A stretch of 64,000 bases of DNA from the NCBI GenBank assembly GCA_035559535.1, contig DATMBG010000036.1, positions 1 to 64,000 on the forward strand. Reading direction: 5' to 3'. A model generated the notes under the pieces. That model ran no database searches. It was not told where the DNA came from and worked only from the letters and a program-made list of their open reading frames with translations. Each line of letters opens with the position of its first letter. Position 1 is the first letter of the stretch. A program made the translations under genes and the position numbers. Positions 40,524 to 49,483 of this stretch are shown here, piece after piece. This stretch comes from Candidatus Limnocylindrales bacterium. GTDB taxonomy: Bacteria > Moduliflexota > Moduliflexia > Moduliflexales > JAUQPW01.

Positions 40524-41543
40524 TCAGGATTCAGAATTCAGGATTCGAAATAACCTGGAATTCCTGGATTCTGGCTTTCGATTTTTTAGCTTCTTAAAAT
40601 ACGCCACATACTCCTTGAGACCTTCCTCCAAAGAGTACTGAGGTTCGTAGCCTAAAAGTTTTCTTGCCTTGGAAATATCCAAGGCGCCGCGTTCCGGGCG
40701 AAAAACGTTGGCAGGTTGTTCCACGATTTCAACGCCAGGTAACAGGCTTTGCAAGATTTCGGCGTATTCTCGCAGAGATCTACCTTCTCCTCGGGTTATA
40801 TTGAAAATTTCATTTTTAGCTTCCGGTCGATAGGTAGCCAGGACGAAGCCTTGAGCGACATCTTTGACGTAGGTAAAATCCAATTTGGATTTACCTCCGT
40901 TATGTAACACCAGCTTTTCACCCCGCAGAGCATTTTCAACAAAGATCTGACTGACCCGACGATTGACATCGGTTGGACCGTAAACTGCTGATGGTCGGAT
41001 AATCGTGTATTCGATTTCATAGCGACGCCCGTAAGATTGGACCAGGATTTCACCGGCCAGCTTCGTTCCCCCATAGATATCCTTGGGATTTTTAGGATGT
41101 TCTTCATCGGCAGGATGAAACATAAAATCCCCGTAGATCATACTGGAAGAAGTATATACGAATCTTTTAACAAACCCCACGTCCCGAAGAATATCCAAAA
41201 TATTTACAGTCCCATGAAGGATACTTTCCAGGGCTTCTTCCGAGTGCGTATCCGCAAGATCTGCAAGGGGTAAAGCCGCCAGATGGATAATACGTTCCGG
41301 TTGGTACTTCAGAATAGTCCTTCGCAGCTCGTTTTTATTCCGGGTATCCCCCCGTACGATGATCACCTTATCCAGAATTCCTTTGAAGCGCTCCCTAAGA
41401 TGGATACAGTAGTTGTTTTCTAAGGGAGAGACGTACTGGATAAAAGCATCGTAAAGGACAACCTGCTCTCCTTTTTGGATCAATTCCCGGGCTACATAGG
41501 AGCCGATAAAGCCCGCACCGCCTGTAATAAGTACTGTGGCCAT
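40524..41543 (-). CDS. NAD-dependent nucleotide-sugar epimerase/dehydratase
   Basis: TGGAGFIG, HLAA, SSSMIYG, YGGTK and DFTYV. Confidence 0.93.
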   Translation of the reverse strand: MATVLITGGAGFIGSYVARELIQKGEQVVLYDAFIQYVSPLENNYCIHLRERFKGILDKVIIVRGDTRNKNELRRTILKYQPERIIHLAALPLADLADTHSEEALESILHGTVNILDILRDVGFVKRFVYTSSSMIYGDFMFHPADEEHPKNPKDIYGGTKLAGEILVQSYGRRYEIEYTIIRPSAVYGPTDVNRRVSQIFVENALRGEKLVLHNGGKSKLDFTYVKDVAQGFVLATYRPEAKNEIFNITRGEGRSLREYAEILQSLLPGVEIVEQPANVFRPERGALDISKARKLLGYEPQYSLEEGLKEYVAYFKKLKNRKPESRNSRLFRILNSES

Positions 41544-41871
41544 TTGAGTAATTTCCTTTTCCAGATCTGGAAAATTTTTCCAATTTGAATCGTACTCGTA
41601 TACCCTTCTGATTAGAGCAAGATCTAGACCAGTTTCCGGGGATCGGTTCCATAAAAAATTCTTAATTTTTAAAGATGCCCTAGGATCTTGGGGCAGATGG
41701 AGATTTCATGGATTTTTTTACTGAGGAAAATATCTCTTTAAAGCTTATGAGGGAGATCGTCCACTGACGAAATTTGTCACAGCCTAAAAATTTTGTGGCA
41801 TGTAGTTGCTATGGGGGCAACTCTACCCAGGATACAACCTTTCCCCTGTTTTATTGGACCCTTTTCAGGGA

Positions 41872-43230
41872 TCAACGAAGGTTATAGTCTTTGATCTTTT
41901 GATGGAGAGTTCGTAAACCAATATTGAGCACTTTAGCTGCCTTCGTTTTATTACCGCCGGTATAGATCAAAGTCTGCCGGATGGCTTCCTTCTCTACTTC
42001 AGCCATGGAAACACCGGCTTTAAGCCGTATTTCCGGCTCCTGATGGGCTACCTGGATAATATGAGCGGGGAGATCGTTTACCTCAATGATTTTTCGATTG
42101 GTGGTAACCATGATGCTCTCAATACAGTGTTTCAGTTCCCGGATATTGCCAGGCCAGGGATAATTCTGAAGCTTACTTAATGCCTCCCGACTGACTCCCT
42201 GGACTTTGGTATGGTTTTCACGATTGAAAGCATCGATAAACGCCCGAATCAACAGGGGGATATCTTCTTTTCGTTCCCGTAAAGGGGGAAGTTTAATCGT
42301 CATCACCTTTAACCGGTAGTATAGGTCCTTCCGGAAGGTCTTTTCAGCTACGGCCTTTTCCAGGTCTACATTTGTGGCGGCGATGATATTCACATCTACT
42401 TTGAGGGTTTTAGTTCCACCTACCCGCATAAACTCCTTTTCCTCCAAAACCCGAAGGAGCCTGGACTGGGTGGAAAGATTCATCTCTCCGATTTCATCTA
42501 AAAATATGGTCCCTCCGTTAGCCAGTTCAAACATTCCCCTTTTAGTAGAAAAAGCTCCCGTGAAAGCCCCCTTTTCATGCCCGAACAGTTCGCTTTCAAT
42601 GACGCCTTCCGGCAATGCAGCACAATTTAAGATAATCAAAGGCCTGTCCCGCCGGGGACTATTATGATGGATCGCCCGGGCTACCAGTTCTTTTCCGGTT
42701 CCGCTTTCCCCATAGATTAAAACTGTACTGTTGATGGAGGCAACTCGTAAAACCGTTTCGTAAACCCTTTGAATCTCCTTGGAGGTCCCTATGATATTCT
42801 GGAAGCTGGTGCGGGTCTCCAATTTCCGGCGTAGTTCCTCCACTTCCACAACCATTTGCTGTTGTTCAATGGCCCGCCTAATCAATACACGCAGCTTGGA
42901 AAGGTTTACAGGTTTGGTCAGGTAATCATAGGCCCCCTCTTTCATGGCTTCAACGGCCGACTCTACGGTAGCATACCCTGTCATCAGAATAACGACCGTT
43001 TCCGGACTTTGCTCTTTAACGAACTTCAAAATCTCCATTCCGCTTACTCCGGGCATTTTTAAGGCCGTAATAACAACGTTAAAAAAGGTCTGCTTGAGGA
43101 GATCTAAAGCAATCCTGCCGTTTCTCGCAGAAACCACTTCGTATCCTTCATGCTGTAACAAACTGCTAACTGTTTCGAGATTTCCTTCCTGACTATCAAT
43201 TACTAAAATAAGTCCCTTCTCTAAAGACAT
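41872..43230 (-). CDS. sigma-54 dependent activator (NtrC-like) with an atypical receiver domain
   Basis: GESGTGKE, ESELFGHEKGAFTGA, FLDEIGE, WPGNIREL and a Fis HTH. The receiver reads ITALKMP (Ala56 at the phosphoacceptor Asp position) and IDSQ. Confidence 0.93.
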   Translation of the reverse strand: MSLEKGLILVIDSQEGNLETVSSLLQHEGYEVVSARNGRIALDLLKQTFFNVVITALKMPGVSGMEILKFVKEQSPETVVILMTGYATVESAVEAMKEGAYDYLTKPVNLSKLRVLIRRAIEQQQMVVEVEELRRKLETRTSFQNIIGTSKEIQRVYETVLRVASINSTVLIYGESGTGKELVARAIHHNSPRRDRPLIILNCAALPEGVIESELFGHEKGAFTGAFSTKRGMFELANGGTIFLDEIGEMNLSTQSRLLRVLEEKEFMRVGGTKTLKVDVNIIAATNVDLEKAVAEKTFRKDLYYRLKVMTIKLPPLRERKEDIPLLIRAFIDAFNRENHTKVQGVSREALSKLQNYPWPGNIRELKHCIESIMVTTNRKIIEVNDLPAHIIQVAHQEPEIRLKAGVSMAEVEKEAIRQTLIYTGGNKTKAAKVLNIGLRTLHQKIKDYNLR

Positions 43231-43770
43231 AGGTGTCTAAACCTTCAGAATCATGGGTGTTATTTTTTATTTTCCTGCCAGTTGAGCTGTTTAAACACAA
43301 CCTCTGATCCCTCAGCTAAAACACGGAATGAACCCAATCTTATATTTACTTTGCTTTCGCATTTTTTTCGTTAAGCTATGAATCTTCTACGCTTCTATAC
43401 CTCCTTACTTTCCATAATTCTTCGCGGTCCTTTCTGGCTGAATATTTAAAACTGCAAAGGTATAGATATTTATTAGGTGAGTTTTTCATTAAAAACAAGC
43501 AGTTTTTACACCATTCAGGTGACAGGATAGTAAAATAAAAGAAACTACAGGGAAGGGAGTCGGAGGAGTTAGGTCCAAAGAAAATACCCCTGAAAGGAAG
43601 AACAGGGTGGGAGTACCCTCTAACAAGGCTTTACGAAATTTAGCTTGATGCCCAGGGGGCTATCCCTACTTTACTCCACATTTCAATACCGACTAAAACA
43701 GTTAAAATCCTTAACATTGGCTTAGGAAGTATTTATCAGAAATTTAAAAATTATCATCTTCCCGGAGGGA

Positions 43771-43876
43771 TGCAAAAAATGCATGGTTTATAAGATTTTT
43801 TCTTTTCCCCCTGCTTTTTAATGCCGAAATAGCACGATCTTATCTTTATCTCTCAACCTACCGTGCAGATTCAGCA
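43771..43876. promoter_or_regulatory. three TGC-N7-GCA sites, candidate enhancer (UAS) for the adjacent activator
   Basis: TGCAAAAAATGCA at 43771, TGCCGAAATAGCA at 43822 and TGCAGATTCAGCA at 43864, spaced 51 and 42 bp. Confidence 0.5.
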
Positions 43877-44007
43877 CAGTTTTTATCCTCCTTATCTTTA
43901 TTCGAATCCTTTTTCCTTCCATCCAAAATTTTTAAAAGATCTTTAACCCTTTTAACTTTCAAGGTTTATACAGAGGAGATGTTTTTATTTAATCTCAAAT
44001 TTTAATC

Positions 44008-44022
44008 TGGCATAAAGGTTGC
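44008..44022 (+). promoter_or_regulatory. sigma-54 (-24/-12) promoter
   Basis: TGGCATAAAGGTTGC, exact GG-N10-GC spacing, 116 bp upstream of 44138. Confidence 0.75.
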
Positions 44023-44137
44023 GCTTAAGTATAGCGGGGAGGTAAAAATCTGGATTTTCCAGATCCATGGCAAGATAAGCCAGGATTTTATTACCGCACC
44101 TGAAGAGCTGTTAAACCCTTGTTCAACCGACGATCTT

Positions 44138-44539
44138 ATGAAGTTCGATTTCAATTATGACGAAATGGAGAATATTTTAACCGTTTCCTTTGAGGGATTC
44201 GTTTTCCGAACCTTGGAAGATGTTAAAGAATTCATAGAAGCGAAGGAAAAGATCTGCGAATCCCTGGGAAAAAAATGTTACTTCCTGATTGACTACAGAA
44301 AAGCTTGTTTTGGTCCTGAAATCGATTATAAAACCCTTAACTTTCTGGGAAGAGAAATTAAAAGGGTGATGGACCGATATGCTTTAGGAGTTGTGCGATT
44401 TGGAGGGGCGCTCTTAGATTACCTCATCATCGAGAAAGAAGGACTGCTTCATCACTTTGATTCCAACTTTTATAAAACCCGAGAAGGAGCTCTCAATGCT
44501 TTAAAGAGAATGAAAAAAGAGAATGAAAAAAGTAATTAG
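44138..44539 (+). CDS. hypothetical small alpha/beta protein (possibly STAS/SpoIIAA-like); paralog of 45410-45820
   Basis: FDFNYDEMENILTVSF..KCYFLID aligns with FHFNYNRAENMLIISF..KCYILVD. Confidence 0.75.
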   Translation: MKFDFNYDEMENILTVSFEGFVFRTLEDVKEFIEAKEKICESLGKKCYFLIDYRKACFGPEIDYKTLNFLGREIKRVMDRYALGVVRFGGALLDYLIIEKEGLLHHFDSNFYKTREGALNALKRMKKENEKSN

Positions 44540-44642
44540 GATCTTTATGGAAACAGGACCGATGAAGAGTACTTCCTACGACCCGACGAATTAAAACAAC
44601 TCTCATTGAATTACCGGAAAATCCTGAAGGAGGTAAATAAAA

Positions 44643-44933
44643 ATGGTTTCGGAAAGCCGGGTTAAATCGGTCATAGCCGAATGCCTGGGTCTCGATGCCG
44701 ATGAAATATACCTGGATGCATCTTTTGAGAGCCTGGGAGCAGACTATTTAGACATCGTAGGTCTTTTTATCAGTTTGGAAGAAGAGTTTGGCATCGAAAT
44801 CCCTGAACGAGATGCGAGTCGAATGAAAACGGTGAGGGATATAACCTGGTACATCCGGTGTATCCTCGAAAAGGAAGCCCGTAAAAGTAGGATAAATAAA
44901 AAAAGAAAAGAAGGAAACTTTCATGATTTATAA
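44643..44933 (+). CDS. acyl carrier protein homologue lacking the phosphopantetheine Ser
   Basis: RVKSVIAECLGL..ASFESLGADYLDIVGLFISLEEEFGIEIPE..KTVRD. DYL replaces DSL. Strong RBS AGGAGG. Confidence 0.85.
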   Translation: MVSESRVKSVIAECLGLDADEIYLDASFESLGADYLDIVGLFISLEEEFGIEIPERDASRMKTVRDITWYIRCILEKEARKSRINKKRKEGNFHDL

Positions 44934-45420
44934 AACCCAATTCGTGGAAACTTATTGCCCGAAATGTCGGTTTATGTCTGAACACCTTATTTCAATGTCT
45001 TTTAACCGACAGGCTTCGGATCAAAAAGTTCAATGTACCCTCTGTAAGACGGAGCATAAATTTTATCCTGATCTGTTGGAGACTTCAAACGAAGTCAATC
45101 CCAAGAAAAGGAGAAAAAGATCCACAGGAACCAATTCCCATGACCCTACTCAGAATAATCCCCAGGCTAAAGAAGCCTGGAGCGCGACTCTGGCCGGAGA
45201 GTTTAACCACAAAGACCGTGCAATAACCTATAACCCTCAAGTTACCTTCGAACCGGGAGATCTGATCTTTCATACGACCTTCGGTCTGGGTATTGTCATC
45301 AAGGTAGAAGAATTTCATCGAATTAAAGTTTTATTTGAACACGGCGTTAAAACCCTTGCTCAAAAATTGAGCTCCGAAAGAACCAAAAAATCTGAGAGAG
45401 ATAAAGGCTATGACCGGTGA
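44923..45420 (+). CDS. zinc-ribbon protein with a C-terminal Tudor/SH3-like domain
   Basis: YCPKC..H..VQCTLCKTEH, then YNPQVTFEPGDLIFHTTFGLGIV..IKVLFEHGVKTL. Confidence 0.75.
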   Translation: MIYKTQFVETYCPKCRFMSEHLISMSFNRQASDQKVQCTLCKTEHKFYPDLLETSNEVNPKKRRKRSTGTNSHDPTQNNPQAKEAWSATLAGEFNHKDRAITYNPQVTFEPGDLIFHTTFGLGIVIKVEEFHRIKVLFEHGVKTLAQKLSSERTKKSERDKGYDR

Positions 45421-45820
45421 AAACTTATGGGATCCTTCCTCACTGCCCTTTCACTTTAACTATAATCGGGCAGAGAATATGTTGATTATTTCCTTTCATC
45501 ACTGTTTATTGGGAACCCATCAGGACATAGAGTCTTTTATAAGCAAGATGAAAGGATTCTGCCGATCTCTCAACGCCAAATGCTATATATTAGTTGATCT
45601 TCAGGATCTCTACGTAAAACCTGAAGTAGGAACATTTTTCTGGAGCGAACTCAAGCGGTTGGTCGATCCCTATGCCATTAACATATTGGGATATGCGGGT
45701 CCGGTTTTTGATGGGACCGTGGGGACCCGGTTAGGTACACGATCCTATCTATTTCCTATTTTCTATGGGCGTAAGGAAAGGGCCATAGCATTATTAAAGG
45801 AGACCTCTGAAAACGAATAA
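45410..45820 (+). CDS. hypothetical protein, paralog of 44138-44539
   Basis: Shared pattern through to the C-terminal helix; overlaps the upstream gene. Confidence 0.7.
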   Translation: MTGENLWDPSSLPFHFNYNRAENMLIISFHHCLLGTHQDIESFISKMKGFCRSLNAKCYILVDLQDLYVKPEVGTFFWSELKRLVDPYAINILGYAGPVFDGTVGTRLGTRSYLFPIFYGRKERAIALLKETSENE

Positions 45821-46128
45821 ATCCGCCGTTGGAGTAGATTAAACGTCTCGTTTGAAGTTACTGATAGAATAAATGTGAAATGAGCAAGAAGACGGGTTCA
45901 TTTCGTAAATCCCAGTTTACACACCCCTCTTCCCAAGTCCTGGTTAACCAAAGCCATGTCCTAAATTTTGATTAGACTGTTAATAACTCTTCGCTGTTAT
46001 GTTTATACTTATAGAGAATAATAAACCAGAGTTATACCCAAGACTCTTCTAATAAAATAATTCAACCAGGTATAGGGATTAGGGGGTGGACAGTTGTATC
46101 ATCCTCCTAGCTCCTATGGAGAACGTAG

Positions 46129-46815
46129 ATGGATAAGAAGATTGAGCAATTTAAAGATTTGGTTAGGATTTCGCCTCGAGTCTGGCCAGGTAAGGAGTTA
46201 GAGATACAACCCGGAGACCTAAGCCTATTTGCTCCTATGGGCATTGGAATTGAAGGCCCACTTCTGATCCGCCCGTGGGACGATCCTATAAAAGTCCTTT
46301 CGGACCCTCCTTCAAAATATTATGGCTACCACCCTGGCTTAAACCATCCTTTTCATAATGTTCCAACCAATGAACCTTCTGGAGGGATCATTTATTTTGA
46401 CGGCACACCAGATGAATCGGATATTAAAGCCTTGCTAAGGCTGATGGAAGTAGATACACGTTTGAAAGATTATGCCGCTTTTATTGAAAAGGCTCAGGAA
46501 CCGGTTGAAGAGAGATACCTGGTCCAGCTTAGAATCGTCAGCCGATTTGCGTTAAGGTTTATGTTTAATGCCTTAACCGACGAAGAATATGAATCATTTC
46601 CTGAACAGAATCTGAGTGTTGGGGAACTCGTGTGGAAATTTATCCAGAACCAGCAGCAGATGTGGGGAACCGATATGGGAAGTCCGAATCTATATGGGGT
46701 GATGGGTGGAGACGGTGATTGGGCGAAGGAGGAGCTGGCATTTGGATTTATGGTAGAAAACCTGTATCACGAAGTCTATCGGATTTGGAGTCGTGCCTGG
46801 CTGGTTACCAAATAG
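46129..46815 (+). CDS. hypothetical protein
   Basis: 228-aa ORF with RBS GGAG; no family recognised. Confidence 0.7.
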   Translation: MDKKIEQFKDLVRISPRVWPGKELEIQPGDLSLFAPMGIGIEGPLLIRPWDDPIKVLSDPPSKYYGYHPGLNHPFHNVPTNEPSGGIIYFDGTPDESDIKALLRLMEVDTRLKDYAAFIEKAQEPVEERYLVQLRIVSRFALRFMFNALTDEEYESFPEQNLSVGELVWKFIQNQQQMWGTDMGSPNLYGVMGGDGDWAKEELAFGFMVENLYHEVYRIWSRAWLVTK

Positions 46816-47095
46816 TTGGGAACAATAAAATAACCGATCCAGGTTGAGGGGATATTCTAAAAGAATTGATTACTGTAACCCTTAAACAGGAAACTCCCCT
46901 CTCCTAAAGCTTCAGGAGAGGGGCTTAGATGCCAGGATAAGAGTGAGATCCGGGAGGCGCTCCCTTCCGGACCTTCCCCTGCTTTGCAGGGGAAGGAACT
47001 TTGAAGCGAAGCTCCCTTCCCTGGAAAATGGGGGAGGGACAGAGGGGTGAGGCAGGGGTATGCGATGTTTCAACATAGAAAGGGTATAAGCCCCA

Positions 47096-47428
47096 TCAAT
47101 GGGCCTCTGGCTTTGGAGTTGAAAGGGTGGTGAGGATAACTTCATGAACTTCCAGTTTGTTGGGTGCGATAAAAGCCTCCTTTGGTAAGGTTCCGGAGCG
47201 GGTATGTCCTTTAATAAAAGCATCAGATTTTGTCCAGGACTCAAAGTGGGCATAGGACTCCCAGAAGGTAAGCACAATATAAGGATCCCCCGGATGGGTG
47301 GGCCGCAATACCTGATTGGAAATAAAACCCGGCATACCATCCACCAAACCAGCTCGGGTACGGAAATGTTCCTCAAAGGTTTTGGCATACGCTTGGGCTA
47401 CAAAAATACGATTGGCAACTGCAATCAT
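47096..47428 (-). CDS. heme-degrading monooxygenase (IsdG/HmoA, ABM family)
   Basis: MIAVANRI, FEEHF..R..VDGMPGF..LRP and TFWES..FESWTKSDAF..GH, at the end of the hmu operon. Confidence 0.85.
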   Translation of the reverse strand: MIAVANRIFVAQAYAKTFEEHFRTRAGLVDGMPGFISNQVLRPTHPGDPYIVLTFWESYAHFESWTKSDAFIKGHTRSGTLPKEAFIAPNKLEVHEVILTTLSTPKPEAH

Positions 47429-47555
47429 GGCTAGCTCCTTTCTAGGGTTTCATTTTTTATTTGGGTATAGTTAATTTTTAAAACCATTATTCTTTTTAGG
47501 AAATTTTAGGAAATTTTTTAAGATCTATTAAGGAAAAATTTTTAGGGAGGATCCC

Positions 47556-48395
47556 TTACTTTTTCTCTTTGCACCGTCCTATCCAATCTACCGAATTAGG
47601 TACCAGATCCGGCCCCGGTAAAGGGACGACCAGCGGACACCCCAGATAGGGATGAGGTATTACGACAACGGACATGGCAAAGGCACTCCGGATTATCTCC
47701 GGGGTGAGGACATCCCAGGGGGATCCTTCCGCTATAAGTCGTCCTGACTTGAGAAGCACAATGCGGTCGGCATATTGTGCCGCCAGATTCAGGTCGTGTA
47801 GAATTAGCAGGATTCCTACCCCGGCCCGTGCAAAATCCCGCACGATTTGGAGGGTGCTGTGCTGATGAATCAAGTCTAACCTGGCAATAGGCTCATCGAG
47901 TAACAGGTAGCAGGGGTGAATGGAGAAGGTATCCCCTATTTGGGCCAGAACACGGGCCAGTTGTACACGCTGGCGCTCCCCTCCTGAGAGGGTAGGATAG
48001 AGACGTGTTTCCAAATGCAAGGCTCCCACGGCTATCAGAGCGGTGCGGGCTATTTCATAATCGCAGGTCCGTTCTAGGCCTTTACAATGTGGGGTGCGAC
48101 CCATGAGAACAACCTCTAAGGCGGTAAAAGGAAAGGCAAGAGTTGAATCTTGAGGTAACACCGCACGCCTGCGGGCCCGTTCGAGAAGTGACCATGTTGG
48201 GAGAGGCTGGCCTGCCATCCAAACTTCCCCATCGGATGGAACCAATTCCCCACTTAGTACCCTGAGCAAGGTAGACTTGCCTGCTCCGTTTGGCCCAATC
48301 ACAGCCACTACTTCACCCGGAGAGATTTTAAGAGAGACCTCCTGAAGGAGAAATTGAGTCCCAATTTTCACAGAGATCTGATGAGCTTCGATCAT
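47556..48395 (-). CDS. hmuV: heme ABC transporter ATP-binding protein
   Basis: GPNGAGKST, AVLPQ, LSGGERQRVQLARVLAQ, LLLDEP and LHDLNLAAQYAD. ATG 48395 overlaps the hmuU stop. Confidence 0.9.
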   Translation of the reverse strand: MIEAHQISVKIGTQFLLQEVSLKISPGEVVAVIGPNGAGKSTLLRVLSGELVPSDGEVWMAGQPLPTWSLLERARRRAVLPQDSTLAFPFTALEVVLMGRTPHCKGLERTCDYEIARTALIAVGALHLETRLYPTLSGGERQRVQLARVLAQIGDTFSIHPCYLLLDEPIARLDLIHQHSTLQIVRDFARAGVGILLILHDLNLAAQYADRIVLLKSGRLIAEGSPWDVLTPEIIRSAFAMSVVVIPHPYLGCPLVVPLPGPDLVPNSVDWIGRCKEKK

Positions 48396-49483
48396 AAAAA
48401 CTTCTCTCGACGACGGTCCTGCAAAAGCAACCAGAGAAAAAAAGGAGCACCAAGAAAGGCAGTCACGACTCCTAAAGGTAACTCGGCCGGTGCTACCAGA
48501 ACCCGAGCGATCAAATCGGCTCCCAGGAGCAAACATGGACCCAGCAGGACCGATCCCGGAAGTAAATAGCGGTGATCTGGTCCGATCATTAACCGTAACA
48601 GGTGTGGAACTATAAGCCCCACGAAACCGATCATGCCGGTCATGGAGACGGCGGCTCCAACCATCATAGCTACGAGAATCATTACCTGTCGTTTGAGGGA
48701 CTCAACCGGAATACCCAGGTGTTCGGCCTCTGCTTCACCTAAAAGAAGGACATTAAAGGGTTGGGAGAGTCGTAAGATGAAAATGATTGCGGCTAAAATA
48801 AACGGTGCCCCTACGCTTACTGTTGCCCAGGTCGCACCACCTAAACTCCCTAAGTTCCAGAAAGTAAGGCTACGGAGTTGTACATCAGTAGCTATAGAGG
48901 TTAACAGCCCAATACCGGCACCGGCCAGCGCGTTGATGGCAATACCTGCTAGAAGCATCGTAGTCACCTGGATTCTTCCTTCAAAATGTGAAAGCTTATA
49001 CACCGCAAGGGTAGCCCCTAACCCACCTACAAAGGCCATAACCGGAAGGGTAAAAAATCCTAAAAGCTGGAATAATCCTCCAAATAACCTTGTTCCGAGC
49101 ACAATTACAGAAACTGCCGCCAGGGCAGCGCCGCTGGAAACTCCTATTAAACCTGGATCGGCAAGGGGATTACGGAATAAAGCTTGCATGGCAACCCCGG
49201 ATACTGCCAGACCGGTCCCTACCAGAATACCCAGCACCACCCGGGGTAGACGAATGGTAACAAGAACAACTTCTTGTTGCTCCTCAAAGGCCTGAGGCAA
49301 GGCAATACCTACCTGCTTAACAAGGATGGCCAAGATTTGACCCGACGAAATACGAACAGCCCCTATCCCGACTGATGCCAGGACAATCCCTATCAGGAGC
49401 ATTAGCAGTATCATTAATACAGAAACAGATCGTCGTCTACGAGGCAGAGATTTGATGGTGAGAAGGTAAGTCGGAGTACTCAT
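48392..49483 (-). CDS. hmuU: heme ABC transporter permease (FecCD family)
   Basis: IRLPRVVLG, FRNPLADPGLIGVSSGA, LGEAEAEHLG, GFVGLIVPH and PAELPLG. Confidence 0.9.
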   Translation of the reverse strand: MSTPTYLLTIKSLPRRRRSVSVLMILLMLLIGIVLASVGIGAVRISSGQILAILVKQVGIALPQAFEEQQEVVLVTIRLPRVVLGILVGTGLAVSGVAMQALFRNPLADPGLIGVSSGAALAAVSVIVLGTRLFGGLFQLLGFFTLPVMAFVGGLGATLAVYKLSHFEGRIQVTTMLLAGIAINALAGAGIGLLTSIATDVQLRSLTFWNLGSLGGATWATVSVGAPFILAAIIFILRLSQPFNVLLLGEAEAEHLGIPVESLKRQVMILVAMMVGAAVSMTGMIGFVGLIVPHLLRLMIGPDHRYLLPGSVLLGPCLLLGADLIARVLVAPAELPLGVVTAFLGAPFFLWLLLQDRRREKFL

